DNA of 64,000 nt from Clostridiales bacterium (GCA_022800315.1 JAAWQC010000007.1:6907-70906), one strand, 5' to 3'; shown: positions 17,841 through 27,825, counted from the first letter of the stretch. Notes: generated by a model from the letters alone, not told the origin. Numbers and translations: made by a program.

Positions 17841-19778
17841 TCAGCGGTCCTCCGCCGCAGGGGTGAGCGGCACGAAGGGCCGCCCGTCGCCGTTGTAATA
17901 CCGGCTGAACATCTCGTAAAATTCGAGACGCATTACCTGAATGGCCACCAGCAGGGCCTCCATGGCCATGACCAGAGCGTTGCCCAAAATGACGGCCACC
18001 GTGTAGCCGAAGGGACCGAACAGGCCGGCCAGTGTAAACACCGCCATCATCATACCAGCGTGAATCATGACGAAAGCCGCCACACGCAGGAAGGACATGG
18101 TGTTGGACAGGTAGGAGAGCACGCCCTCGAACAGTTCGAAGAAGCTCTGCAGGACGTATTCGCCCCATTTTTCCGGTTTCCAGTCGGGGCGCCGTTCTGC
18201 AAGCCCGCCCAGCGGTTCCTTGAACAGGATCACCACCAGCGGCAGTATCACCAGCAGCAATATATAGGGCAGGGAGAACACCGGGATGCTGAACATCAGC
18301 TGTGCCACCGCCCCGCAGGCCAGCGATCCGAAAAACAGGAAGCCGGCGACCCCATTGGGGCCGAACAGGGCGTTTTCGTAGTCCCGCCTTCGCAGGCAGG
18401 AGTACATGTTGAGCAGCATGCTGATCAGGATCAGGGCGATACCGATGAAGACGGCCGCCAGTATGATCTTGATCGGGGTACCGGTGCCCATGACCTCGAT
18501 GGGTTTTTCGGACAGGCCGAACAGGGACTTGTACACCGGGTCGAGGACGTGTTCGAAGCCGAACACCGACCCGAAAATCGTCCCGAAAACCGCCGCCGCG
18601 ATACCGCAGGGGATCAATATCCTGCCGATCTCCATGCGCTTGAAACGCCACATCAGATACCCGACGATGGACAGGCAGATTCCCTGCCCCAAATCGCCGA
18701 ACATGAAACCGAACAGCAGCGTGTAGGTGATCGCCACGAAAATGGTGGGGTCCAGCTCGTTGTACCGGGGGGTGCCGTACATGCCCACCAGATATTCGAA
18801 AGGACGGAACATTTTGGGGTTTCGCAGCTCCACCGGCGGGGTATGGTGATGGTCCTTATCCGGTTTCTCCACCGAATACTCGATGGCCTCCACCCTGTCA
18901 AGAGCCTCACAGAACCGCTTTTCCTCCCGGGCGGGTATCCAGCCGGTGAGGACGAATTTGTCGTGATAACGGGCGGCATAATGCCGTACCTCGAAATAAT
19001 AGGATCGGGTTTTCAGGCAGCGGTAAACCGACAGGCAGCTGTCCCGCTGCTGTTCCCAGTAACCGGCGATTTCCTCCCGGCACCGCACCAGCTCCTGGTA
19101 CACCTCTTCCCGCTCTTTCCGCAGACCGGCCACCACATCCTCGGGCAGGCCGACGGCGGCGGGGATACGCAATCGTTCGAAGTACAGGCTGGAAAAGATC
19201 CGGTCGATATCCGCCGCCGTATCGAAGGGGGCGAAGTAAACCCCCCAGCAGTACTCCTCCTCCCGCACGCCGGGAAAGAACAGCACGAAGGGATTGTCTT
19301 CGTACAGGTCCAAACGGTCGAGGCTTTCGTTGGGAAGACGGCCGAACCGCACCTTGATATTCTCGCAGGACAGGATTTTGTCCAGGTCGATATCCAGCCC
19401 GAAAAAATGCTGGAACTGTTCGATGTCCTTGCCGATGGATTCGTAACGGGCGGACAGTTCCCCCCGTTTGCGCGTCAGATCGGCGGCATGAGCGGACAGC
19501 TCATCCACGAAGGAAAACAGTTCCCCGTCCGGCTGGCCGCCGTCCGATCCGCCCCCCTCCAGCACGCCGCCCAGACGGGCGACCGCCGACTGGAGACGGT
19601 TCAGCGGATCGGCAAACGGGTTTTCCTCCCGCACCGATTCGAATCCATAGGTGTCGGAAAAAAAGGTGATCGCGTCGTCCGGCTGGGAGACGCAGGTGTC
19701 GCCGCAGACGCGCACCACCTCATCCAGACGGTCCATCCGGCCGATGATGCTGACCAGCTTCATTTTAGAAACAGCCAA
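17841..19778 (-). CDS. atpI: V-type ATP synthase subunit I (a-subunit stator)
   Basis: 645 aa: an N-terminal cytoplasmic coiled region plus a C-terminal multi-TM domain with the conserved Arg region (MSFLRVAAFVMIHAGMM). Confidence 0.9.
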   Translation of the reverse strand: MAVSKMKLVSIIGRMDRLDEVVRVCGDTCVSQPDDAITFFSDTYGFESVREENPFADPLNRLQSAVARLGGVLEGGGSDGGQPDGELFSFVDELSAHAADLTRKRGELSARYESIGKDIEQFQHFFGLDIDLDKILSCENIKVRFGRLPNESLDRLDLYEDNPFVLFFPGVREEEYCWGVYFAPFDTAADIDRIFSSLYFERLRIPAAVGLPEDVVAGLRKEREEVYQELVRCREEIAGYWEQQRDSCLSVYRCLKTRSYYFEVRHYAARYHDKFVLTGWIPAREEKRFCEALDRVEAIEYSVEKPDKDHHHTPPVELRNPKMFRPFEYLVGMYGTPRYNELDPTIFVAITYTLLFGFMFGDLGQGICLSIVGYLMWRFKRMEIGRILIPCGIAAAVFGTIFGSVFGFEHVLDPVYKSLFGLSEKPIEVMGTGTPIKIILAAVFIGIALILISMLLNMYSCLRRRDYENALFGPNGVAGFLFFGSLACGAVAQLMFSIPVFSLPYILLLVILPLVVILFKEPLGGLAERRPDWKPEKWGEYVLQSFFELFEGVLSYLSNTMSFLRVAAFVMIHAGMMMAVFTLAGLFGPFGYTVAVILGNALVMAMEALLVAIQVMRLEFYEMFSRYYNGDGRPFVPLTPAAEDR

Positions 19779-19792
19779 ATCTTTTCACCCCC

Positions 19793-20836
19793 TCAGTGAT
19801 CCGCGAGGACAAGCACCGGCTTGATTTCCTCGGGGGTCATACCGTATCGGATGCCCTCAATGACATTGACGATATCGTCCAGCTCCATATCGCTGACGAT
19901 AATATAGGAGATCAGCGCCACCATCGGGTGGATGGAATATCGGATATAGTGACGGGCGCTGTAAAAGGGCGCCCGGTGGTAAAGGTCGTGGATATAGCCC
20001 CGCTGCCCCTCCGGTATCCGCCGTCCCGCGGGACTGGCGAAAAACAGGTCCAGCACTTCTTCCGCCGTAGCCGCTTCCAGCATCTTTTCCCGTATTTTTT
20101 CGGGTATCACGCCGCTCCACGGCAGGAGGTTCCGCCTGATCTCGTCGGCGGAAGCGTTAAAATACCGTTTCAGGCGGATGATGCGGGTAACGTTCTGGGT
20201 ATCGATCTGGGTGCCGCACAGATCGGTGAGCTGTTCCCGCACCTCTCCCGAAGTTTTGGCGATGGTTTGCAGCAAATTCTTCGTCAGGGCGATAAACAGC
20301 TCGTTTTCAATCTCCCGAATGCGCAGGGTCCCGTCGGCGAGGGGCGGGTATTTCTCCAGCACCCTGCGGAAAGCGGTGTCGCCCAGCGCCTCGGTCAACT
20401 CAGAAAAGTTGGTCGCCCGGCTCATTTTCACAAAATCGATACGGGCGGTATCCATCAGAAACATGGGCATTTCGTAGAAGTATTCCTCCGGACGCCCGGC
20501 GCCCATTAGGCGCAAACAGCTGATGATCTGCTCGATCTCTTCCTTATGGATGAGGTATTCGGCCATCTCCCGGCCGCCGGCGAAGCCGTACTGGCACAGG
20601 GAGGTATAATCGTTGCGTATTTTGCGCCGCAGCAGCGTCTCCAGATAACCGCGGTGGATATTCGCCTCGTTGATCTCGCCGAGTACCGACACGTAACTGG
20701 TTTTGCTCTTGAGATAAGAGGCAGCCTCCGCGACGGTGTGGCAGTTGAGCAACGCCGCGAAATCCTCCGGTTTCAGGCGGCTCCCGTACAGCGCGCGCGC
20801 CCTGGCCAATATGACGTTGGAGGTATATTCCAGCAT
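19793..20836 (-). CDS. atpC: V-type ATP synthase subunit C (d-type)
   Basis: 347 aa, all-helical, MLEYTSNVILARARALYGSRL... is family-typical. Adjacent to subunit I. Confidence 0.85.
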   Translation of the reverse strand: MLEYTSNVILARARALYGSRLKPEDFAALLNCHTVAEAASYLKSKTSYVSVLGEINEANIHRGYLETLLRRKIRNDYTSLCQYGFAGGREMAEYLIHKEEIEQIISCLRLMGAGRPEEYFYEMPMFLMDTARIDFVKMSRATNFSELTEALGDTAFRRVLEKYPPLADGTLRIREIENELFIALTKNLLQTIAKTSGEVREQLTDLCGTQIDTQNVTRIIRLKRYFNASADEIRRNLLPWSGVIPEKIREKMLEAATAEEVLDLFFASPAGRRIPEGQRGYIHDLYHRAPFYSARHYIRYSIHPMVALISYIIVSDMELDDIVNVIEGIRYGMTPEEIKPVLVLADH

Positions 20837-20919
20837 GTGCCGCCCGCGCCCCTTTCCATCCTAGTGTGTCCCGCCTGCCGGCGGTTTGCCATTCACTGAC
20901 GGTGGTATCGTTCCCCGCC

Positions 20920-21237
20920 TCAGCCGGTAACGTGTTCGACGATCTGGCTGACCCAGCTTTCCCGGTTTGATTCAATCAGCTGATCGAGACGGGACGCCTG
21001 CTCGGCGTAATAGGTCTCCCGCCGCTGCCATTCCTCGTCGGCGAGACGGCGTTCGGTTTCGGCGTTTTTGCGGATACGCTCCCGTGCGCGCTCCAGATAC
21101 GCGTCGCGCAGCTGGGCGGCCTTCTCGGCGATTTCCTTTTCCGAATCCGCCTTTTCCTGTTCGGCGGCGTCGGTGATCTGACGGGCCTTTTTGTCCATAT
21201 CGATGATCCGTTTGATCATGGCTTCCATGCGAAACAC
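20920..21237 (-). CDS. Small charged coiled-coil protein, probable V-ATPase peripheral-stalk (G/H-like) subunit
   Basis: 105 aa, highly charged helical sequence (KKARQITDAAEQEKADSEKEIAEKAAQLRDAYLERARE). First gene of the operon. Assignment rests on position and composition only. Confidence 0.45.
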   Translation of the reverse strand: MFRMEAMIKRIIDMDKKARQITDAAEQEKADSEKEIAEKAAQLRDAYLERARERIRKNAETERRLADEEWQRRETYYAEQASRLDQLIESNRESWVSQIVEHVTG

Positions 21238-21327
21238 CGCACCTTTCCGCGTCAGGCCGCGGCGGCCCGACGTTCCTATTTACTGCGCCGGTTCTCCCGA
21301 TTACTATCAGTTTTCCGGCGAAACTAA

Positions 21328-21356
21328 AGTATATACCTGCTCCACACAGATTTCAA
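21328..21356 (-). promoter_or_regulatory. Candidate sigma70 promoter of the V-ATPase operon
   Basis: On the minus strand: TTGAAA, 17 nt, TATACT, about 90 nt upstream of the 21237 start. Confidence 0.4.
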
Positions 21357-21390
21357 TGTCAATTTGACCAAATAACTTTCCTCTCTTTGG

Positions 21391-22755
21391 TCAATTTTTC
21401 AGACTCTGTATGGGCGCGGGGATTCGGCCGCCCCGTCCGATGAAGCGGGCCGGAGACCAGGTGTTCAGCGGCATCACCGGTCCGCCGCCCAGCAGTCCGC
21501 CGAACGAGAGCTCCTCACCCACCCCTTTGCCGATGGCAGGGACCACCCGCACGGCGGTTGTTTTGGAGTTGATCATACCGATAGCCGCTTCGTCCGCGAT
21601 GATCGCGGAAATTACCTCCGCCGGCGTATCACCGGGGATATTGATCATATCGAGGCCCACCGAACACACGGCGGTCATGGCCTCCAGCTTCTCGATGCGC
21701 AGGCAGCCGCAGCGGGCCGCGTCGATCATGCCCGCATCCTCGGTGACCGGGATAAAAGCGCCGGACAGCCCCCCCACGTGGGAGGAGGCCATGACGCCGC
21801 CCTTTTTCACCGCGTCGTTGAGCAGCGCAAGGGCCGCCGTGGTACCGTGGGCACCGCAGCATTCCAGTCCCATCTCCTCCAGGATATGGGCCACCGAGTC
21901 GCCCACCGCGGGGGTGGGCGCCAGGGAGAGGTCCACGATGCCGAAGGGGACGTTCAGCGCTTTGGACGCCTCCGCTCCCACCAGCTGGCCCATCCGGGTG
22001 ATCTTAAAGGCGGTTTTCTTAATCAGGTCAGCCACGGCGGTGAGGTCGCAGTCCCCCGCCTTGGCCAATGCGGCCCGCACCACACCGGGACCCGAAACGC
22101 CCACGTTGATGACGCAGTCGGGCTCTCCCGCCCCGTGGAAAGCGCCCGCCATAAAGGGATTGTCCTCCGGCGCGTTGCAGAAGACCACCAGCTTCGCACA
22201 GCCGATACAGTCCCGGTCGGCGGTGCGCTCCGCCGTCAGGCGGACCACTCTGCCCATGGCCGCCACCGCGTCCATGTTGATGCCGGCCTTGGTAGACCCA
22301 ATGTTGATGGAAGAACACACGTGGTCGGTAACAGCCAGCGCCTCGGGTATGCTGTCGATCAGCTCCCGGTCGCCGGGGGCGAAGCCCTTCTGCACCAGGG
22401 CGGAATAACCGCCGATGAAGTTGACTCCGCACGTCACCGCCGCCCGCTCCAGCGTTCGGGCGATCCGTACCATGTCCTTGTCGTCGCAGGCCGCCCCGAT
22501 CATGGCGATGGGGGTGACCGAAATTCGTTTATTGATAATCGGGATACCGTACTTTTTCTCGATCTGCTCCCCGGTTTTCACCAGATCGCTGGCACAGCGG
22601 GTGATCTTATCATAGATACGGTCGCATACGCGGCCCACGTCACTGTCACAGCAGTCGAGAAGGGATATGCCCATGGTGATGGTGCGCACGTCCAGGTGTT
22701 CGTCCTGGATCATGGTGATGGTCTCCAGTATATCTCCTGCGTTGAGCATGCTCAT
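21391..22755 (-). CDS. UPF0210 (DUF711) family protein
   Basis: N-terminus [27 protein letters not shown] matches the UPF0210 signature as I recall it. 454 aa is the usual size. Confidence 0.85.
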   Translation of the reverse strand: MSMLNAGDILETITMIQDEHLDVRTITMGISLLDCCDSDVGRVCDRIYDKITRCASDLVKTGEQIEKKYGIPIINKRISVTPIAMIGAACDDKDMVRIARTLERAAVTCGVNFIGGYSALVQKGFAPGDRELIDSIPEALAVTDHVCSSINIGSTKAGINMDAVAAMGRVVRLTAERTADRDCIGCAKLVVFCNAPEDNPFMAGAFHGAGEPDCVINVGVSGPGVVRAALAKAGDCDLTAVADLIKKTAFKITRMGQLVGAEASKALNVPFGIVDLSLAPTPAVGDSVAHILEEMGLECCGAHGTTAALALLNDAVKKGGVMASSHVGGLSGAFIPVTEDAGMIDAARCGCLRIEKLEAMTAVCSVGLDMINIPGDTPAEVISAIIADEAAIGMINSKTTAVRVVPAIGKGVGEELSFGGLLGGGPVMPLNTWSPARFIGRGGRIPAPIQSLKN

Positions 22756-22797
22756 TGTCGTTATCTGTCCTTTCGTAGAGGGCGCAAATCCCCGGCG

Positions 22798-23067
22798 TTA
22801 TATCCGATGCATGGAATTAAAAATATCCTCGTGCATCGCATGGATGGATAAGCCCATCTCACCGCCCAGGGCGGTCAGTTCCTCTGCAAAATCGGTAAAG
22901 GGGAGGTCGCAGTCCGAAATGTCCACCATCATAATCATGGCGAACATCCCCTGTAAAATCGACTGGGTGACGTCCGAAACGTTCACCCGGTGGCGGGCGC
23001 AAACCTCCGACACCCGGGCGAGAATGCCCACCGTATCCTTGCCGATAACCGTTATCACTGCACGCAT
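22798..23067 (-). CDS. ACT-domain protein (UPF0237 family), partner of UPF0210
   Basis: MRAVITVIGKDTVGILARVSEVCARHRVNVSDVTQSIL. Start at ATG 23067 with a GGAGGAA RBS; the track start 23082 lies inside that RBS. Confidence 0.85.
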   Translation of the reverse strand: MRAVITVIGKDTVGILARVSEVCARHRVNVSDVTQSILQGMFAMIMMVDISDCDLPFTDFAEELTALGGEMGLSIHAMHEDIFNSMHRI

Positions 23068-23180
23068 AACTGTTTCCTCCAACCTATTTTGACTTCGGAT
23101 TGTCTATCCTGTTTACTCAAGATTTCAGTTTATCACACTTGCGAAAAATTGAAAAGCGATTTTTTCCGTCCCGATTCCGC

Positions 23181-23209
23181 TTGACAGTCGGACGATGCTT
23201 TTTTAATAT
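23181..23209 (+). promoter_or_regulatory. Candidate sigma70 promoter
   Basis: TTGACA (23181-23186), 17 nt, TAATAT (23204-23209) in a low-GC intergenic region upstream of the small ORF and the PHP gene. Confidence 0.4.
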
Positions 23210-23314
23210 AGTAAAATAACAGATGCCCTATCAATTGATTTCGCGTCAATGTCATCTGTATACCAATTATCTTTTATTTAATAAGATATAATCCTTTAAA
23301 AAGGTGTGAGAAAA

Positions 23315-23473
23315 ATGCTGATTACCCAACGGCTATACCTGCGCCTGCTGGAGTGGGAGGATTACCCCGACCTGCGCCGCCGGAAAATCATCCGCGCCTG
23401 CCACTGGAACGGCGAACACCCTCACAATATATACTCTTTGAATAGTCCTCATCCGAATACTCACAACGTATAA
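23315..23473 (+). pseudogene. 52-codon ORF resembling only the N-terminus of a GNAT acetyltransferase; possible gene remnant
   Basis: MLITQRLYLRLLEWEDYPDL resembles the RimJ/RimL-type GNAT start (xERLxLRPLxxxD). The remainder is unrelated and stops at 23473, inside the RBS of the next gene. Confidence 0.25.
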
Positions 23474-23487
23474 GAAGGAGGCGCCTT

Positions 23488-24291
23488 ATGTACCTTGCCG
23501 ACTGCCACCTGCACACCCATCACTCCCCCGATTCGGAATCCGGCCTCCGCGACGTGTGCGAGGCGGGCCTGCGGGCGGGCCTGTCCGCCCTGACCGTCAC
23601 CGACCATGTGGAGATGAGCTGGTTCGTGGGGGGCGGGTACGACCGTTCCTCCGCCGCTTCGTTTGAAGAAACCAGCCGTTTCGCCGCCGAATACAGGGAG
23701 CGGCTGCTCATTCTGCGAGGGGTGGAACTGGGCGAACCGCTGGAGGACCAGGAGGCCGCCGAGGCCCTGCTGAACAGCCACGACTACGATTTCGTCCTCG
23801 GTTCCCTGCACAACCTGCCGGGGGTGGACGATTTCTATTTTCTCGACTACGGCAAGGTGGACCCCCTCCCCCTGCTGGACCGGTATTTCGACGAACTGCT
23901 CCGTATGGTCGGATGGGGCCGGTTCGATTCTCTCGCCCACCTGACCTATCCCTTCCGCTATCTTCCTGAGGACCTGCGCTCCGCCGGGACGGGCCGCTGG
24001 CGCGACGGCATAGATGCGGTGCTGAAGGCGGCGGCCGGTAAGGGCCTGGCGCTGGAGATCAATGTCTCCGGTCTGCGGGATCCCCGATATTTCCTCTCCC
24101 CCGACCTGCCTCTCCTCCGCCGGTTCCATGAGCTGGGCGGCCGTCTGATCACGGTGGGTTCCGACGCCCATCGTCCCCAGGACGTGGGCGTGCCGGTGGA
24201 GGAGGGCCTGCGCGCCGCAAAGGAGGCGGGCTTCGACGCCTATGCCCTCTTCGTGGGACGCCAGCCGGTGCTGCATCCCCTCGATTTGTGA
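23488..24291 (+). CDS. PHP-domain phosphoesterase, histidinol-phosphatase (HisJ) family
   Basis: MYLADCHLHTHHSPDS, TVTDHVE and GSDAHRPQDVG are PHP metal-binding motifs. Confidence 0.8.
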   Translation: MYLADCHLHTHHSPDSESGLRDVCEAGLRAGLSALTVTDHVEMSWFVGGGYDRSSAASFEETSRFAAEYRERLLILRGVELGEPLEDQEAAEALLNSHDYDFVLGSLHNLPGVDDFYFLDYGKVDPLPLLDRYFDELLRMVGWGRFDSLAHLTYPFRYLPEDLRSAGTGRWRDGIDAVLKAAAGKGLALEINVSGLRDPRYFLSPDLPLLRRFHELGGRLITVGSDAHRPQDVGVPVEEGLRAAKEAGFDAYALFVGRQPVLHPLDL

Positions 24292-24345
24292 GGAAGAGGA
24301 TTCGAAACGGTGGGCATTTCCTCCGCTTTTCTTTTATGATATAAT

Positions 24346-24519
24346 GTCCTCGACCGCAGGATCAGCGGTCGAGAACCGGAAGAATCCCCTTTCGGGACGA
24401 AGTCCCTCCGCGGCAGTTGCCGCGCCGGATATTCTTCCAGGCGGATAATGGAAACACCATTATACATAAATAGCCGCCCGGCCCCGGCCGCGGCGGCGCC
24501 TGTAAAGGGAGGATAACAA
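24346..24519 (+). promoter_or_regulatory. Structured ~170-nt 5' leader of the Lrp-aminotransferase operon (unclassified)
   Basis: Extended -10 TGaTATAAT at 24337-24345. Then four stems: CTCGACCGC/GCGGTCGAG; GGAAGAAT/ATTCTTCC enclosing GGGAC-gaa-GTCCC and CGCGGC/GCCGCG hairpins; ATAATGG/CCATTAT. Confidence 0.3.
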
Positions 24520-24993
24520 ATGGATAAGCTGCTCAAATTGCTGGATACCAACGCACGGCTTACCAACAGCCAGCTGGCCGTCATGCTCGGCTGCACTGAA
24601 TCGGAGGTGCAGACCCAGCTGGGCGAACTGGAACGCAGCGGCATCGTCCGCGGATACAAAGCGGTCATCGACTGGGAAAAGACCGACCGGGAATACGTCA
24701 CCGCCCTCATCGAACTGCGGGTGACGCCGGAGCGCGACCTGGGATTCGAGGGCATTGCCGAACAGGTGATGAAATTCGACGAGGTGGAGAGTGTTTATCT
24801 GATGTCCGGCGGCTACGATCTGGCGGTCACGGTATGCGGACGCACCTTCCGCGACGTGGCCCTGTTTGTGGCCAAGCGGCTGTCCACCCTGGACGCCGTC
24901 ACCTCCACTGCGACCCATTTTGTCCTGCGTCGCTATAAGGATAACGGCGTGATGTTCCCCAGCGGGGAAAAGGATATGAGAGGAGTCCAGTAA
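24520..24993 (+). CDS. Lrp/AsnC family transcriptional regulator
   Basis: MDKLLKLLDTNARLTNSQLAVMLGCTESEVQTQLGELERSGIVRGYKAVID (HTH_AsnC) plus a C-terminal RAM-like domain. Confidence 0.9.
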   Translation: MDKLLKLLDTNARLTNSQLAVMLGCTESEVQTQLGELERSGIVRGYKAVIDWEKTDREYVTALIELRVTPERDLGFEGIAEQVMKFDEVESVYLMSGGYDLAVTVCGRTFRDVALFVAKRLSTLDAVTSTATHFVLRRYKDNGVMFPSGEKDMRGVQ

Positions 24994-24997
24994 TTAG

Positions 24998-26203
24998 ATG
25001 AACGATCAAGATATCCAATACGAACAGCTCCTCAATCCCACCCTGGTGGATCTCAAGCCGTCGGGTATCCGGCGTTTCTTCGATATCGCCAGCGAGATGG
25101 AGGATGTGATAACCCTGTCGCTGGGAGAACCGGATTTTACCACCCCCTGGCATATACGGGAGGAGGGCATCCGTTCACTGGAACGGGGCCACACCTGGTA
25201 TACCTCCAATGCGGGCCTGTTACAGCTGCGGGAGGCCATCGCCCAGTTCACCCATCGCCATTCCCACGTGCAGTATGACCCCAAAAACGAAATACTGGTC
25301 ACGGTGGGCGGCAGCGAAGCTATCGACCTGGGGCTCCGCGCCCTGCTCCGCCCGGGGGATGAAGTGCTGATCCCCGAACCCAGCTTCGTCTGCTACGAGC
25401 CGCTGACCCGTATGGCGGGCGGAATACCGGTGCCGCTGGTCACCCGGTCGGAGGATGCCTTTCGCCTGACGCCGGAGGCGCTGCGGGCCGCCGTCACCCC
25501 CCGCTCCAAACTGCTGATCCTGCCCTACCCCAACAACCCCACCGGCGGGGTCATGCGCCGCCGGCATCTGGAAGCCATCGCCGAGGTGGTAAAGGAACAT
25601 AACCTTTTCGTTTTATCGGATGAAATATACGGCGCGCTGACCTACGGCGGAGAATCCCACGTCAGCTTCGCCTCCCTGCCCGGTATGCAGGCCCGCACCC
25701 TGCTCATCAGCGGCTTTTCCAAGGCGTTCGCCATGACCGGCTGGCGTCTCGGCTATGTCTGCGGACCCGCGCCGGTGATGAAGCAGATCGTCAAGTTGCA
25801 CCAGTACGCCCTGATGTGCGCCCCCACCACCGCCCAGTATGCCGCCGTGGATGCCATGAGAAACGGAGATGACGACATCACCCGCATGCGGGGCGAATAC
25901 GATACCCGCCGGCGCTTTATCGTGGACGAGCTCAACCACATGGGTCTGACCTGCTTCGAACCGGAGGGAGCCTTCTACGTTTTCCCCTGCATCCGTTCCA
26001 CCGGCCTCACCTCGGAGGAGTTCTGTCAGCAGCTTCTGATGGAAAAACATGTGGCCGTGGTGCCCGGCACCGCCTTCGGCGACAGCGGCGAGGGCTTCGT
26101 CCGCGTCTCTTATTGCTATTCCCTCAGTCACATCACCGAGGCGATGAAGCGCATCGGCGAATTTTTACAGGAACACGCGGTGAAGCCCGCCGCCCAAGAC
26201 TGA
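24998..26203 (+). CDS. Class I/II PLP-dependent aminotransferase (aspartate/aromatic type)
   Basis: 401 aa with YPNNPTGG and SGFSKAFAMTGWRLGY (PLP-lysine) motifs. Starts 4 nt after the Lrp stop. Confidence 0.9.
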   Translation: MNDQDIQYEQLLNPTLVDLKPSGIRRFFDIASEMEDVITLSLGEPDFTTPWHIREEGIRSLERGHTWYTSNAGLLQLREAIAQFTHRHSHVQYDPKNEILVTVGGSEAIDLGLRALLRPGDEVLIPEPSFVCYEPLTRMAGGIPVPLVTRSEDAFRLTPEALRAAVTPRSKLLILPYPNNPTGGVMRRRHLEAIAEVVKEHNLFVLSDEIYGALTYGGESHVSFASLPGMQARTLLISGFSKAFAMTGWRLGYVCGPAPVMKQIVKLHQYALMCAPTTAQYAAVDAMRNGDDDITRMRGEYDTRRRFIVDELNHMGLTCFEPEGAFYVFPCIRSTGLTSEEFCQQLLMEKHVAVVPGTAFGDSGEGFVRVSYCYSLSHITEAMKRIGEFLQEHAVKPAAQD

Positions 26204-26222
26204 TCCGATCGGAGGAATATCC

Positions 26223-27203
26223 ATGCCTGTCACCGTCAATGCCCCGGCCAAGATCAATCTGTCACTGGATGTCGGCGAACGGCGGGACGACGGCTATCAC
26301 CTGATCGACACGGTGATGCAGACGGTCAGCCTTTATGACACCGTCACCGTCTGGGAAAGCGATGGTCCCGGTGTGACGCTGACCCTCACAGGGGACGGCG
26401 CCGGCAGCCTGCCGGCAGATGGGAGCAATACCGCCTGCCGGGCGGCGGCTGCTTTCTGCTCCGCGGCCGGTATCGCAGAACCCGCCTTTGGCATCCGAGT
26501 GCACAAGCGCATCCCCTTTGCCGCCGGCATGGCGGGGGGCAGCGCCGACGCTGCCGGGGTGCTGACGGCCCTCAACGAACTCACCGGGGCGCGCCTTCCG
26601 CAGGAGGAGCTGTGCCGGATCGGAGGCCGGATCGGCGCTGATGTCCCTTTTTGCCTGTTGGGCGGCACGGCACGGGCCACCGGCATCGGCACCATCCTGA
26701 CCCCCCTGCCCGATCTGCCCGACTGTTATATCGTAGTGGTCAAGCCTTCAGCGGGCGTGTCCACCGCCGAGGCGTACCGGGCGGTGGATGCGGCCTTCGG
26801 CTCCGCGGGAGAAGATGGAAAAAGCGGCGTCCGTCATCCCCATACTTCCTCCCTCATCGACGGGGTCTGCGCCGGCGACCTGTCCATGGTCGGCCGGGAG
26901 CTTTGCAATGTGTTCGAGGAGGCGGTGCGCCTGCCTGCGGTGGAATCGATCAAGGCGCATCTGCGCCGCTTCCGCCCTCTGGGGTGCTTAATGACCGGGA
27001 GCGGCTCCGCTGTTTTCGGCCTGTTCGGCCGGCTGAGCGATGCCGAGCGCTGCGCCGACTCCCTATCCCGTTCCCCCCTGCCCGCCGCTGACCGTTCGGT
27101 CTTTTTATGCCGTCCGACAGCTGACGGCCCCGTTATGGTGACCGACAACGCTCTTTCCGAAGCGGCGGAAGACCTGCTGGAGGCAGAGGCTGATCGGGGG
27201 TAA
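26223..27203 (+). CDS. ispE: 4-(cytidine 5'-diphospho)-2-C-methyl-D-erythritol kinase
   Basis: APAKINLSLDVGERRDDGYHLIDTVMQ and the GHMP motif PFAAGMAGGSADAAGVL. Carries a ~35-aa acidic C-terminal tail. Confidence 0.9.
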   Translation: MPVTVNAPAKINLSLDVGERRDDGYHLIDTVMQTVSLYDTVTVWESDGPGVTLTLTGDGAGSLPADGSNTACRAAAAFCSAAGIAEPAFGIRVHKRIPFAAGMAGGSADAAGVLTALNELTGARLPQEELCRIGGRIGADVPFCLLGGTARATGIGTILTPLPDLPDCYIVVVKPSAGVSTAEAYRAVDAAFGSAGEDGKSGVRHPHTSSLIDGVCAGDLSMVGRELCNVFEEAVRLPAVESIKAHLRRFRPLGCLMTGSGSAVFGLFGRLSDAERCADSLSRSPLPAADRSVFLCRPTADGPVMVTDNALSEAAEDLLEAEADRG

Positions 27204-27257
27204 CCGCTAACCAAATTTTCACCTGACCTGAAATCGTGTAAATAAACCACTGAATAT

Positions 27258-27300
27258 TTCCCGATTGGAAACAATATTATTCCAATCGGGAACCATTTTT
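27258..27300 (+). terminator. Intrinsic terminator of ispE
   Basis: 13-bp stem TTCCCGATTGGAA / TTCCAATCGGGAA followed by CCATTTTT. Confidence 0.8.
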
Positions 27301-27374
27301 CGACATTTATCGTGTATAATAAGAAAAACGGAAATCCTCTGTAACACGGTATCGCCGCTATGGTTTGGGTGAGG

Positions 27375-27406
27375 TGTACTCAGTTTGTACTGTCCATACT
27401 AGTACA
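27375..27406 (+). promoter_or_regulatory. Candidate GntR/YtrA operator
   Basis: TGTACT (27375-27380), TGTACT (27386-27391) and inverted AGTACA (27401-27406), with the 8-bp palindrome TACTAGTA (27397-27404), 30 nt upstream of the GntR start. GntR sites have GT-N-AC cores. Confidence 0.4.
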
Positions 27407-27435
27407 TATCAAACGATAGGCAAGGGGGGCCTTCC

Positions 27436-27825
27436 ATGTTTACCATTGATTCTCTGTCGCGCCAGCCCCTGTATGAGCAGCTCATCGAACAGCTGGAACA
27501 GCTGGTACTGACCGGTGTGCTGGAACCCGGCAGCCGGATTCCCACCGTACGCGGCCTCTCCTGTGAGTTGTCCGTCAATCCCAACACCATACAAAAGGCC
27601 TATTCCGACCTGGACCGGCGAGGCGTCATCTGCTCGGTACCCGGCCGCGGCTGCTATATCACCGACCAGGCGGTAACGCTTCTCCGACAAGAGTGTCAGG
27701 GGCTTCTCCCGCTTTTGGAAGACCAGCTCCGTCGGCTGAAGCTGGCCGGTATCGGACGGGAGGCGATCGAAGCCCTGCTGGACCAGATCTATCCCATATC
27801 CAATGAGGGGGGACAACAGCCATGA
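27436..27825 (+). CDS. GntR family transcriptional regulator (short YtrA subfamily)
   Basis: 129 aa, PLYEQLIEQLEQLVLTGVLEPGSRIPTVRGLSCELSVNPNTIQKAYSDLDRRGVI is a GntR winged HTH with a short C-terminus. Confidence 0.9.
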   Translation: MFTIDSLSRQPLYEQLIEQLEQLVLTGVLEPGSRIPTVRGLSCELSVNPNTIQKAYSDLDRRGVICSVPGRGCYITDQAVTLLRQECQGLLPLLEDQLRRLKLAGIGREAIEALLDQIYPISNEGGQQP

